From NCBI GenBank assembly GCA_041178425.1, contig JBEGVH010000030.1:96001-160000 (forward strand): a stretch of 64,000 nt of DNA. The letters run 5' to 3'. The notes under the pieces are model-generated. The model did no database searches and was not told where the DNA came from. It worked only from the letters and a program-made list of their open reading frames with translations. How positions within the stretch are numbered: the stretch's first letter is position 1; each line of letters opens with the position of its first letter. Source of the stretch: Pseudomonadota bacterium (lineage in GTDB: Bacteria > Bdellovibrionota > Bdellovibrionia > Bdellovibrionales > Bdellovibrionaceae). The position numbers and the translations under genes are program-made. Positions 1 to 10,025 of this stretch are shown here, piece after piece.

Positions 1-1
1 G

Positions 2-907
2 GGTGGCGCTTCGAGCTTTGCAATTTATGATTTAGCTCAGAGCTGCCACGAAACGGAACAGCTCCTTATTGAGATTCAAAAAGACGGTCTTGCAAAAGAT
101 GGACTTGAGATTTTAAACGAACATTACAACAAAGTTCGGTACGAATTTCAGGCTTTTCTAAAAACAAATGAAGTATTGCTCGGCAACGAAGTTATTCATG
201 GCAAAAAGTCTGTTGAGATCCCTATTGAAACACTCTCCGGTTTTTTAAAATCAATCAAAACCGACGAACACATTTGCGAGCGAGTCAGAGAGTTTGAAAG
301 AGATATTTTTTATGTACCAATAAAGCAATTCCTCGACAACTTCGAAGAAACTACTCAAGCACTCGCCATGAAACTTGGCAAAAAACTCAAACCGATGATT
401 ATCGAAGGTGGCGAAACCCCTATTCATCGCGAACACTATTCAGAAATGTTCACAACCCTCATTCATCAACTCACCAATGTTGTTGATCATGGAATCGAGA
501 ACCCAATTCTTCGCCGATTCCACCATAAAGAAGAGAGTGGCCAAATTACGATCAAGGTAAGTGTTGAGCCCTCAGACTCCTTTATCAGTGGCGCAAATCT
601 TGTTCTACAAATTATTGATGACGGCCAGGGGCTAGATCCGCGAAAAATCCGTGATCGCCTCTCTACAAAAGGAATTGCCTCTGATCGCCTAACAGACGAT
701 GAGGTGCTGCAATTTATCTTCAAAGGCAACCTATCTCACACGGATCAGGTGAGCCAGATCTCTGGCCGTGGAATTGGGATGGAAGCTATTATGCACAAGG
801 TTCTAGATCTAGGAGGCACGGCCCGAGTGGAGTCTATTCCACTCAAAGGCAGTACGCTCACAATTAAAGTTCCCTATATTATGGACGAAGTCCGCTTGAG
901 TGCTTAG
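2..907 (+). CDS. CheA-like histidine kinase, 5'-partial (end of Hpt domain plus HATPase; no C-terminal CheW domain)
   Basis: Frame is open from base 2 (GGASSFAIYDLAQSCHETE, Hpt-like). N-box HQLTNVVDHGIE, G1 DDGQG, G2 SGRGIGM. Confidence 0.8.
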   Translation, partial: GGASSFAIYDLAQSCHETEQLLIEIQKDGLAKDGLEILNEHYNKVRYEFQAFLKTNEVLLGNEVIHGKKSVEIPIETLSGFLKSIKTDEHICERVREFERDIFYVPIKQFLDNFEETTQALAMKLGKKLKPMIIEGGETPIHREHYSEMFTTLIHQLTNVVDHGIENPILRRFHHKEESGQITIKVSVEPSDSFISGANLVLQIIDDGQGLDPRKIRDRLSTKGIASDRLTDDEVLQFIFKGNLSHTDQVSQISGRGIGMEAIMHKVLDLGGTARVESIPLKGSTLTIKVPYIMDEVRLSA

Positions 908-928
908 TAGTGCACAGGCGGCGGCCGA

Positions 929-1744
929 CTATGCTTCAGCGACTATATAGGCAATCCAGCTTAAGCAGGCTTCGCCTTCACTGCTGGCACTAAAAACCCC
1001 ATTGCCTGTTCCGTCTCTTTTGGTGCCTTCCCAATAAACGGTCGTCTTTTTAAATCCGACCTCTTCAAGAATATCTCTGAGCTCAGGAATGGTCCACATG
1101 CGCCAATCGTAGCTAAACACTCGCTCGATCTTTGGTTTTCCATGAGGACGAAAATGAATATAAAAATGCGCCCGATGAGAAATTGGATCGAAATCAACCT
1201 GTTCCCAATAGTAAGTGAAAGATTTATGACGGGTCGATTCCTCGTTACCGTCTTGGCAGAGACTACCACCAAAGCAATCCACCACAAAAATACCGTCTCT
1301 GTTAAGAGACTTCTTGGCTCTCATAAAATACTCTTTCATTCGAGCGCGAGTTTTGAAGACAAAATAAGAAAAGTTTGCGGCAACTACAATGTCGGCCTTC
1401 GGCAACATCGGACTTAGAACATCTTTTTGAATGATACTAACGCGTCTTTGCTCATCGCCATTGAGTTTTGTAAGATAATTCTCTTTGCCGTAGCTCAATG
1501 GTTCCGGATCGAGATCTACGCCAATGGCTTTGAAGTTCTTGTTAAGCTTAACCCACTCACAAGAAAGCCCAAAAGTGCCGCAAAAATCTTCACGAAAAAC
1601 TTGCGGTAACTTACCTCGAAGAGAACGGTAAGTGTCCCTATAGAATACAACATCAGTCTCGGCCGATTGCACCGATTTGCGATAGTATTCATATTTATCG
1701 AAATTATGTTCCCCGTGAGATCCTTTTTTATGTAATCGACTCAT
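929..1744 (-). CDS. Class I SAM-dependent methyltransferase
   Basis: Motif I-like REDFCGT, GVDLD, and GIFVVD. ATG at 1744 overlaps the upstream TAA (TAATG). Confidence 0.75.
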   Translation of the reverse strand: MSRLHKKGSHGEHNFDKYEYYRKSVQSAETDVVFYRDTYRSLRGKLPQVFREDFCGTFGLSCEWVKLNKNFKAIGVDLDPEPLSYGKENYLTKLNGDEQRRVSIIQKDVLSPMLPKADIVVAANFSYFVFKTRARMKEYFMRAKKSLNRDGIFVVDCFGGSLCQDGNEESTRHKSFTYYWEQVDFDPISHRAHFYIHFRPHGKPKIERVFSYDWRMWTIPELRDILEEVGFKKTTVYWEGTKRDGTGNGVFSASSEGEACLSWIAYIVAEA

Positions 1745-2799
1745 TATGGAACCTCTGCGCATATTTCGCGAATAGCATCGGCAATTTCAAAAGCCTGCGG
1801 AACAGAGGCATCCTCTAGTTTAGCCGCAAGACCAATCCCAGGAACATTTTTTCCAGCTAATACTCTTGGTTTTGCCAAAAGGTGGTAAAAGAGATCTTGA
1901 ACCGCTCGGTAAACGAGGTGTTCACCAAAGTTTGTTACCTCGGTATCTTCGTTGACAACTAACAGTCGCCCCGTTTTTTCGATGGAAGCCTTAATGCAAG
2001 CCCAATCGTAAGGGTAAATTGTTCGAAGGTCGATGACCTCCACAGAATAACCCTGTTGCTTTAGTTCATCAGCGACTTGATTGCATAACAAAAGATGTCG
2101 GCCATAGCTAACCACCGTGATTTGTTCACCCTGTCGGGTAATATTCGCTTTTCCGATGGGAATAAAGTGCGGTTGCACTTCAGGCCAACGAGCTTTCCAT
2201 TGGGTTCGATCACCAATGGGAGCATCGATCATTGCCTTGAGGTCTTTTTCAGATTCAGGCTCTCCAGGTATTAATTCATCGCCTCTCACTCTCATTAAAG
2301 CCTTCGGTTTGAGAAAGAGAACAGGGTTTGGATCTTGAATGGCCGATAACAATAAACCGTAGGCATCCGCGGGCGTTGATGGCATGACCACTTTCCAACC
2401 GGCCAATCGAGAAGCCCAAGAATCGAACGAATGGCTATGATAGATGGAGCCACGAATTCCAGCTCCAACCGGAGTCATAACAACCATCGGTAAGTGATAA
2501 TTTCCATTGGTAACCCAGTTTGTGTTTCCGGCCATCTTCAAGAGATCAATCGTGTTAAAAATGTAATCACAAAACTGAATTTCAGCGACACATCGTTCGC
2601 CAGCCATGGCAATTCCCATGGCCATTCCAATGATACCCCTTTCGTCGAGCGGAGCGTTCCACGTCGTTTCAAGACCTTGAGTGGCAGTGAAAACTCCTCC
2701 CAATGGAGCACCAACGTCTTGACCAAAAATATCTTTAACCTCTAAATGTTTTTCACCATAGTGGAGCGCCATACGAATGGCTTGAGCCATATTTGCCAT
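1744..2799 (-). CDS. 2-oxoacid dehydrogenase E1 beta subunit (branched-chain type likely)
   Basis: GQDV..GGVF, PLDERGIIG, AEIQFCDY, HSHS, EVIDLRTIYP. ATG at 2799 overlaps the E1 alpha TAA. Confidence 0.9.
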   Translation of the reverse strand: MANMAQAIRMALHYGEKHLEVKDIFGQDVGAPLGGVFTATQGLETTWNAPLDERGIIGMAMGIAMAGERCVAEIQFCDYIFNTIDLLKMAGNTNWVTNGNYHLPMVVMTPVGAGIRGSIYHSHSFDSWASRLAGWKVVMPSTPADAYGLLLSAIQDPNPVLFLKPKALMRVRGDELIPGEPESEKDLKAMIDAPIGDRTQWKARWPEVQPHFIPIGKANITRQGEQITVVSYGRHLLLCNQVADELKQQGYSVEVIDLRTIYPYDWACIKASIEKTGRLLVVNEDTEVTNFGEHLVYRAVQDLFYHLLAKPRVLAGKNVPGIGLAAKLEDASVPQAFEIADAIREICAEVP

Positions 2800-3887
2800 T
2801 AGAAATTTCTCCAATCTGCATTTTCGTTGTTAACGTAGGTGTGATCCCAAATGGTTGAACCCTCTGGAAAGGGTTCTTTACGCACGTCTTCGGCTATTTT
2901 TGCGGCCTGGCCCTCGTAAGTTTCAAAGAGAAGTTGAGCTTCTTGAGACTTTAAATACCCAGCATCAATTAATTTTTTCTCAAAAAGAGTGAGGCAGTCA
3001 TCTTCGCTTTTGACAAAGTTTGCTCCGCTGGCTGACGAGTGACCATAAAGACGAGAAACTTGGGCTTCAATAAAGGCCGGTTTTCTTGTTTTACGAATGT
3101 ACGCCATGGCCTCTTGCACCTTTAAATAAGATTCAACAGGATCATTTCCATTGATTGTCTGCGCCGGCATATTAAATGCTCGCGCACGATCAGCAATATG
3201 AGTTTCTCCGTGCTGACCATCAAAACTCGTAGAGATTCCCCAACGATTATTTTGAACAGTGATAAGCAATGGAAGCTCTCTCCCTTTGCGCGAAGACCAT
3301 ACCAAACAAGAGGCGAAATCTCCCTCTGCTGTTCCTGCGTCACCACCCGTAACAATCGTAAGCCCTTTTCCGCCGTGTCGCTTTTGCACATGAGCGGTTC
3401 CTAGAGCTTGAATATATTGAACTTCAATGGGCGAAGAGACGGGAGCCACATTCCATTCAGGAAAACAGTAATGATTAGAAAAGTTACGGCCACCAGTGCA
3501 ACGATCAGTGGAACGATTCATTATTAAACGAATAGAATCAACCATGGGCATTCCCATGGCCAATAATGTTGGCGTGGCTCGATAGTGCATGTGCAACCAA
3601 TCGTGCATCGGGCCCTGCCCCTTATTCACCAATAACCCTAATGGTACGCCCCATGCTTCTTCACCAGGAGCACCAATCCAAAAGTAGGCGTCCCCGGCCT
3701 TGTAAATTTTTATCAGACGCTCTTCAAGCGCACGACTCTGAATCATCATATCATGCATTCTCAAAAGGAGCCCTTTATCGAGCCCTGAGAAACTTGGCTT
3801 TTTCGCTGGCTTCGTTGCCTGCTTTTTAACAACTTTGCCTTTTTTCACAATGGCCGTATTTTTCTTTTCTACGCGTGTTTGTGCCAT
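2799..3887 (-). CDS. 2-oxoacid dehydrogenase E1 alpha subunit (TPP-dependent)
   Basis: TPP motif GDAGTAEG...QNN; RLYGHSS loop; Lys-rich N-terminus. Confidence 0.9.
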   Translation of the reverse strand: MAQTRVEKKNTAIVKKGKVVKKQATKPAKKPSFSGLDKGLLLRMHDMMIQSRALEERLIKIYKAGDAYFWIGAPGEEAWGVPLGLLVNKGQGPMHDWLHMHYRATPTLLAMGMPMVDSIRLIMNRSTDRCTGGRNFSNHYCFPEWNVAPVSSPIEVQYIQALGTAHVQKRHGGKGLTIVTGGDAGTAEGDFASCLVWSSRKGRELPLLITVQNNRWGISTSFDGQHGETHIADRARAFNMPAQTINGNDPVESYLKVQEAMAYIRKTRKPAFIEAQVSRLYGHSSASGANFVKSEDDCLTLFEKKLIDAGYLKSQEAQLLFETYEGQAAKIAEDVRKEPFPEGSTIWDHTYVNNENADWRNF

Positions 3888-4050
3888 CCTACATTTACCT
3901 CCAGCTTCACAGAGCCATAGGGGTTTAGGCCTAATCTTATTGCTTAAGAATAATATCTGGTTTTAGAGTTTTGTCGAGTTTCACCCGTAATTTCAAGGGA
4001 TTATTTTGCCTTGGCGCAAAGGAGTGACGTGATTCTTTACAAAAGAAACT

Positions 4051-4080
4051 AAAAAGGGGCTTTCTCTCGAAGCCCCCTTT
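4051..4080 (-). terminator. Intrinsic terminator after prc
   Basis: Minus strand GGGGCTT-loop-AAGCCCC followed by TTTTT, immediately after the stop codon. Confidence 0.75.
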
Positions 4081-4082
4081 GA

Positions 4083-6149
4083 TTACTTGGTTTCAATGGC
4101 TTTTACTGAGGCCGATTTACTTGGCTTAGTATCGGTATTTTTTGCTGGGATAAACGGGTCTGGCTTTTGACCATTTTCTAGACTCACAAGATCCGCTAAA
4201 ACATTGAGAGATTCCTTGATGTCAGCACGCCCCAAATATTCTTTCTCTCGCTCTTCTTTCGGAGCTGTTTTGTTGGCCTTTGCTTTTTTCTGCTTTTCTG
4301 CGGTTACCTCTTTATCTTTGAGGATTTCAGCAATTTTTATCAACTTGCCAGCTTTTTGCGCCTTGGTGAAATCCTCTTGGATTTTCTTGAAGTCAGAGTC
4401 TTGCTTTACTCGTTGCTCCGACTTTTCTTTTAACACAGACACCCAGTTGGTATCGATCGGCTTCCAGGCTCCAGGCCCATCCTTTACATAAGCTTCTTTG
4501 GAAACAAAGTTAGCGATTTTTTTAGGTGGCAGAGAATACTCTAAACTTTTCTCACCAATCTCTTCGCTATTCCAAAGACTTGGCCACTTGATATCGGCCT
4601 CAACACCGCGATGCTGGGTGCTATTACCACCAGGAATAAAAAACATTCCAATTGTTACCTTAAGGGCGCCAAGGTCTTGCGGAATACGAACAACAGTTTG
4701 GATGCTTCCTTTTCCAAAGGTATGATCTCCGCCAACAATGACCGCTCGTTTATAATCCTGAAGCGTTCCCGCAACAATTTCAGAAGCACTCGCACTAATG
4801 CGAGTTCCCAACACAACGAGTGGACCAGAAAAATCGACCGTTGGATCGACGTCAGCCAAGGCCAGCTCTCCGCGGTGTGCATCTCTTGAAGATTGTTTTA
4901 CTACATTGCCAGTTTTGAAAAAGAGCCCTGCAATTTTAACGGCATCTTCTAAACTTCCACCACCATTTGAGGATAGATCGAGAACGATACCATCCACCTT
5001 TTTCTTTTCAGCTTCTACTAGAAGCTTTTTCATGTCTGCTGCGCTTGAACGACCGCCACCCGCATAAAATGATGGGAGATTAATAACTCCTAAGACTTTC
5101 TTCTGACCATTAATAACGCGATCAAGGTAGTAGATATTTGCAGCTTCATCTTCGAGCTTAATTTTATCTCGCACTAGTGTAACTTCAAACTTTTCCTTTT
5201 TGTCTGCATTTTTTCTGAGAATCAAAAGCTTTACTTTTGTTCCCTTCTTACCACGAATGCGAGACACCACATCTCGAAGATCCAATTCAATAACATTCTC
5301 GAGCTTTCCTTCTTCACCTTGAGCCACAGCAACAATTTTGTCTTGAGGCTGAATCTGTCCAGAACGAGCAGCAGCCCCACCAGGAACAAGAGCTTCGACA
5401 ACAGTAAATCCGTCTTGAGAACTTAAAGTGGCACCAATACCTTCAAGGCTTAAGCTCATTTGAATATCAAAGTCTTCTTCAACTTCTCTTGAAAAAAAAC
5501 TTGAGTGTGGATCTAAAGCTCGTGCAAAACTATCAAGATAGTCAGCATAAATGTCGCCCATTTTTTTATCTTGTGTTCTCTTTAAAAGGCGTTCGTAGTT
5601 TCTCACCACATTACCGCGAGCTTCATCGAGCTTGACGTCAGTAATGAGATAGTTGGCCACTTGAAAATTAATATATTTTTTTAAAAATTCATTAATTTCA
5701 GCCGATGTTTTGCTATAGGGGCGCTTATCAGGATCGAATTCAAACTCAATGCTCGAATCGACCTTAAATTTGTCATCGAGAAGTTTTTTGGCAAACTCCA
5801 CTCTTTCGGCAACTCGTTCAACGTAACGCTTTTGAATCAATTCTAAAAAAGAACAATCGTAGCTCTTAACTTGGTCAAAAACTTTGCTCATCAATTGCCG
5901 AATGTAATCAACATCCGCTTGAGTAAAAAATATTTTAGATGAATCTAATCGCTTTATATACTGCTCTATTAAGTGATCGCGAAGTTTACTGTCTGCCGAC
6001 TGAATGCTGATATGCTGGTCGAGATACCCTTTTTGAATGGGGTAAATGAACTTACAACTTAGCCCCTCTTCGACAAGTTGCGCATGAGAAATCGAGGCAC
6101 TTAGTAAAAAGAAGAGAGTTAGGCCAAGCTTACGAAATGTAGATTTCAT
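4083..6149 (-). CDS. prc: Carboxy-terminal processing (tail-specific) S41 protease with PDZ domain
   Basis: Signal peptide; LDPHSSF, LEGIGA (PDZ), DLSSNGGG, SASASEI (catalytic Ser), TFGKG (catalytic Lys). Confidence 0.9.
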   Translation of the reverse strand: MKSTFRKLGLTLFFLLSASISHAQLVEEGLSCKFIYPIQKGYLDQHISIQSADSKLRDHLIEQYIKRLDSSKIFFTQADVDYIRQLMSKVFDQVKSYDCSFLELIQKRYVERVAERVEFAKKLLDDKFKVDSSIEFEFDPDKRPYSKTSAEINEFLKKYINFQVANYLITDVKLDEARGNVVRNYERLLKRTQDKKMGDIYADYLDSFARALDPHSSFFSREVEEDFDIQMSLSLEGIGATLSSQDGFTVVEALVPGGAAARSGQIQPQDKIVAVAQGEEGKLENVIELDLRDVVSRIRGKKGTKVKLLILRKNADKKEKFEVTLVRDKIKLEDEAANIYYLDRVINGQKKVLGVINLPSFYAGGGRSSAADMKKLLVEAEKKKVDGIVLDLSSNGGGSLEDAVKIAGLFFKTGNVVKQSSRDAHRGELALADVDPTVDFSGPLVVLGTRISASASEIVAGTLQDYKRAVIVGGDHTFGKGSIQTVVRIPQDLGALKVTIGMFFIPGGNSTQHRGVEADIKWPSLWNSEEIGEKSLEYSLPPKKIANFVSKEAYVKDGPGAWKPIDTNWVSVLKEKSEQRVKQDSDFKKIQEDFTKAQKAGKLIKIAEILKDKEVTAEKQKKAKANKTAPKEEREKEYLGRADIKESLNVLADLVSLENGQKPDPFIPAKNTDTKPSKSASVKAIETK

Positions 6150-6296
6150 GAAAACCCCTTTTAATCCGCTTCAGGATACCAGAAACTCAGAACAAAACTA
6201 AAATCATTTAATTAATCGCGACCTTAGCGCAGATTCAAAAAACTAGCAACTCCTAGACAAAGGCAGGTTCAAAAATAAGATTTATTTAAAGATTCT

Positions 6297-6324
6297 TAAG
6301 CCCCCTGGGGCAACAGGGGGCTTA
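6297..6324. terminator. Strong hairpin downstream of topA
   Basis: TAAGCCCCCTG-GGGCAA-CAGGGGGCTTA, an 11-bp perfect stem. The U-tract on the minus strand is weak. Confidence 0.6.
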
Positions 6325-6334
6325 CTTTTACAGA

Positions 6335-9058
6335 TTAACGAGGTCCTTGGGCCACAGCCGCTTTAGACTTTCTTAGTGTCGTTTTCACACCAGCTTTTTT
6401 GGCCGGTGCATCCACTTTAGATTCTACAGCCTTAGATTTGCCCGCTCCTTTTTTAGCGGCACCAACAGGAGCCTTCTTCTTGGAGCTGGCGCTAGACTTT
6501 TTACCTTTAGCGACCGCTGCGCCGATGAGTTCAACGGCCATTGCTGGTGTTACCTGATCCACAGTCACACCCTCAGGAAGGGACTGATTTTTCTTTCCCA
6601 TTTTGAGATAAGGACCATAAGGACCATTCACCAATTGAATAGCTTCACCGCTCCCCGGATGGGCGCCCAATTCTTTCAGCACCTGAGAGCTTCCTCTTCC
6701 TTTTTTAGGTTGATTTAAAAGCTCAAGGGCCTTCTCAAAACTGATCTTAAGAAAGTTTTCACCTTTTGGAATAGAACGAAAATCTCCATCACACACCACA
6801 TAAGGTCCAAATCGACCAATACCGACCTTAATGTCTTTTTGTTTTTCTGGGTGCAGTCCTAGATTTTTTGGCAAACTTAATAGCTCCTGCGCCGACTCAA
6901 AGGTTACCTGCGATGGATCCATGTTCGGTGGCATCGAAACTCGCTTCGGCTTGGACTCCTCGCCGTCGCTCTCTCCCAATTGTACATAGGGACCATATCG
7001 GCCACTCAAAACATATACATTTTGACCCGTGGCGGGGTCTTTTCCAAGACTATCGGCACCTTTTTGTTTTTGTTCGATCCACTTCTCGATGAGATCTGGA
7101 GTGATATCTGCCGGAGCATCTTTTTCTGGAATAGACGCGCTAACACTCTCGCCGTCTTTTTTGGTTTCCACGTAGGCACCGTAACGACCCACCTTGAATG
7201 CATATCCAGCTAATCCATCAAGGTAAACTGAACGCGCTTCTTCAGGGTCGATCTTTTCTGCCTGAGCATCAACCTGAGCTCTCAAACCTTTTTTACCCGA
7301 ATAAACCGACTCAAGATATTTCAGAGATTCAAGATCTCCCTCAGCAATTGTATCTAGAGATCTTTCCATTGCCGCGGTAAAACCAAGATCAACGTATTCT
7401 TGGAGATATTGCTCTAAAAGCTTGGATACAACCATGGCCGTAAACGTAGGGACCAACGCTCCACCCATCTTGCGCACATAACCTCGATCGATGATGGTAC
7501 CAATGATGGATGCGTAGGTCGACGGACGCCCGATTCCCTCTTTTTCCATGGTTTGAACAAGGCTTGCTTCGGTAAACCGAGCAGGAGGCTTGGTTTCGTG
7601 ATCTGTTGAATTTAACTGCTTACAGCTGATTTGATCCCCGGCCTTAAGAGCCGGCAATCGAACTTCACGCTCTGCTAAATCGGCTTCGGGATCATCAGAT
7701 CCCTCCACATAAGCACGAAGAAAGCCAGGAAACTCAATTGTCATTCCCGTCGCATTAAAAATCGCCGGGCCCGCTTCAATCTTAACTTGTAATTGCTTTT
7801 GCCTAGCCTCAGTCATCTGACTTGCAACCGTTCGCTTCCAGATTAAATCATACAAACGAAATTGTAGCCCATCGAGACCCGTATCTTCTGGATCAATAAA
7901 GTTTTGACCTGCAGGACGAATAGCTTCGTGAGCCTCCTGAGCGCCCTTCACTTTCTTGGCCGCATAATTGATTGGCTGTGATGGGAGATACTCAGCACCG
8001 TACTTAGTTTTAATGCAACTTCGAGCGGCCCCAACTGCCTCTTGCGATAAGAAGGTTGAGTCAGTACGCATGTAAGTAATAAAACCTTGTTCGTACAACT
8101 TTTGAGCTAACTGCATGGTTTCTCGAGAACTTAAGCCAAGCTTACGGTTAGATTCCTGTTGCAGAGTAGAGGTAATAAAGGGAGGAGCTGGCCTGCGAGA
8201 GACCGGCTTCTCTACAACCTCTTGAACCTTCCAATTATTAGCCAAAAGATCTCTCGCCAAGCTTTTTGCCTGAGTTTCACCTAGCAACAAAAGGTCTTTT
8301 CCAGCTGTGAGTTGCCCCGTGGTGCCATCAAAATCTTTTCCGGTAGCGATTCGCTGACCGTTATAAGAAAGCAAAGACGCATTAAATGGATGCTTCTCTT
8401 TCTCTAGATCCGCATTAAGTCCCCAATAATTGGCCTTTTTAAACTTAATTCGTTCGCGCTCACGCTCCACAATGAGTCGAACAGCAACAGACTGAACACG
8501 CCCTGCCGATAATCCGTAGGCCACCTTCTTCCAGATGAGCGGGGAAATCGTATAACCAACCAAACGATCGAGAATTCTTCGCGCCTCTTGTGCACGCACC
8601 AAATTAAAATCGATATCTCGAGTGTCTTGAAGAGACTTTTCTATCGCCGTTTTAGTGATTTCGTGAAAAACCATTCGCTTTACTGGAACTTTTGGTTTCA
8701 AAACTTCGACCAAATGCCAACTGATGGACTCACCTTCGCGGTCTTCATCGGTCGCGAGAAAGAGTTCATCGGCCTCTTCGAGTTTTTGCTTCAACTCACG
8801 AACAACTTTGGTTTTATTATTAGGAATACAATAAATTGGTTCAAAATCTTTTTCGACATTGACCCCAAGATGAGCCCATTCCTCTTTTTTGAACTTTTCT
8901 GGAATATCTTTTGCTGACTGCGGAAGATCACGAATGTGTCCCATGCAAGATTCGACTAAGTAGTTCTTACCCAGAAACTTTCTGATGGTTTTTGCTTTGG
9001 TGGGAGACTCCACAATTACTAATTTTGTACCAGTCCCGCCCGTACCTTTTTTAGCCAT
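6335..9058 (-). CDS. topA: DNA topoisomerase I
   Basis: IVESPTK, GHIRDL, ATDEDREGE, SAGRVQS, ITYMRTDS (catalytic Tyr), GIGRPSTY; C-terminal GxYGPY-type repeats. Confidence 0.97.
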   Translation of the reverse strand: MAKKGTGGTGTKLVIVESPTKAKTIRKFLGKNYLVESCMGHIRDLPQSAKDIPEKFKKEEWAHLGVNVEKDFEPIYCIPNNKTKVVRELKQKLEEADELFLATDEDREGESISWHLVEVLKPKVPVKRMVFHEITKTAIEKSLQDTRDIDFNLVRAQEARRILDRLVGYTISPLIWKKVAYGLSAGRVQSVAVRLIVERERERIKFKKANYWGLNADLEKEKHPFNASLLSYNGQRIATGKDFDGTTGQLTAGKDLLLLGETQAKSLARDLLANNWKVQEVVEKPVSRRPAPPFITSTLQQESNRKLGLSSRETMQLAQKLYEQGFITYMRTDSTFLSQEAVGAARSCIKTKYGAEYLPSQPINYAAKKVKGAQEAHEAIRPAGQNFIDPEDTGLDGLQFRLYDLIWKRTVASQMTEARQKQLQVKIEAGPAIFNATGMTIEFPGFLRAYVEGSDDPEADLAEREVRLPALKAGDQISCKQLNSTDHETKPPARFTEASLVQTMEKEGIGRPSTYASIIGTIIDRGYVRKMGGALVPTFTAMVVSKLLEQYLQEYVDLGFTAAMERSLDTIAEGDLESLKYLESVYSGKKGLRAQVDAQAEKIDPEEARSVYLDGLAGYAFKVGRYGAYVETKKDGESVSASIPEKDAPADITPDLIEKWIEQKQKGADSLGKDPATGQNVYVLSGRYGPYVQLGESDGEESKPKRVSMPPNMDPSQVTFESAQELLSLPKNLGLHPEKQKDIKVGIGRFGPYVVCDGDFRSIPKGENFLKISFEKALELLNQPKKGRGSSQVLKELGAHPGSGEAIQLVNGPYGPYLKMGKKNQSLPEGVTVDQVTPAMAVELIGAAVAKGKKSSASSKKKAPVGAAKKGAGKSKAVESKVDAPAKKAGVKTTLRKSKAAVAQGPR

Positions 9059-9190
9059 GCACCAATTCCCCAAAATGAAATAATCGCAACAACAGTGCTC
9101 GTCTTGACAACAATACCCTCAAAATGAAACCTTCTCCTTATTTTCGCAAGCTGTATTTATGTGTACTGCGGCATCAAACACGGAGACTCG

Positions 9191-9976
9191 ATGAAACTAG
9201 TAGAAAATTTTAATGCCCCACTAAGATTTTTATTTTCCGATATCGACGACACCATGACCGACGAAGGACAACTCCATCCCAAAGCCTACGAGGCCCTGTG
9301 GCAACTCTCTCGTGCAGGAATTCACGTTATTCCTGTCACTGGTCGCCCCGCTGGATGGTGCGAAATGATCGCTCGCATGTGGCCCGTACAAGGAGTTGTC
9401 GGCGAGAATGGAGCCTTTTATTTTAGGTACAAAGACAAAACTATGCAGAGATTCTTTTTTTCAGATGAAAGCACACGAATTCATAATCAAAAAAAATTAG
9501 AACTCATCCGCACAGAAGTCCTCACGCAAATTCCTGGTTGCGCGATAGCGTCTGATCAGTTTTGCCGATTGTTTGATCTTGCTGTCGACTTCTGCGAAGA
9601 TGTCCCAGCCCTAGGCAAAGAATCGGTACAAAAGATTGTTGATATTTTTTCTAAACATGGCGCCCAAGCAAAAATTAGCTCTATTCACGTAAATGGGTGG
9701 TTTGGAACTTATGATAAACTCACAATGGTCCTCAAATATCTAGAGAAAGAATGGAACATTAGTACGACCGAGGCCAAAGCGAATGCCGGGTTTTCGGGAG
9801 ATTCTCCAAATGATGAACCAATGTTTGCCTTTTTTCCAAATTCATTTGGCGTCGCCAACATTAAAGATTTTGAAGCTCAACTAAAAAGCCCCCCGCAATT
9901 TGTCGCTTCAAAAAGAGGTGGCGAGGGCTTTGTTGAAATCGCCAACCAAATTATTAAAAACAGCCTTCATCAATAA
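9191..9976 (+). CDS. HAD-superfamily hydrolase, subfamily IIB
   Basis: DIDDT motif I, VTGR, GDSPND; GGAG Shine-Dalgarno before ATG 9191. Confidence 0.85.
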   Translation: MKLVENFNAPLRFLFSDIDDTMTDEGQLHPKAYEALWQLSRAGIHVIPVTGRPAGWCEMIARMWPVQGVVGENGAFYFRYKDKTMQRFFFSDESTRIHNQKKLELIRTEVLTQIPGCAIASDQFCRLFDLAVDFCEDVPALGKESVQKIVDIFSKHGAQAKISSIHVNGWFGTYDKLTMVLKYLEKEWNISTTEAKANAGFSGDSPNDEPMFAFFPNSFGVANIKDFEAQLKSPPQFVASKRGGEGFVEIANQIIKNSLHQ

Positions 9977-10003
9977 AAAAGGGAGACCGAAGCCTCCCTT
10001 TTT
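9975..10003. terminator. Bidirectional intrinsic terminator (HAD / tex)
   Basis: AAAAAA-GGGAG-loop-CTCCC-TTTTT between convergent genes. Confidence 0.8.
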
Positions 10004-10025
10004 AAAGCTATTTCTTTAGTGCTAA

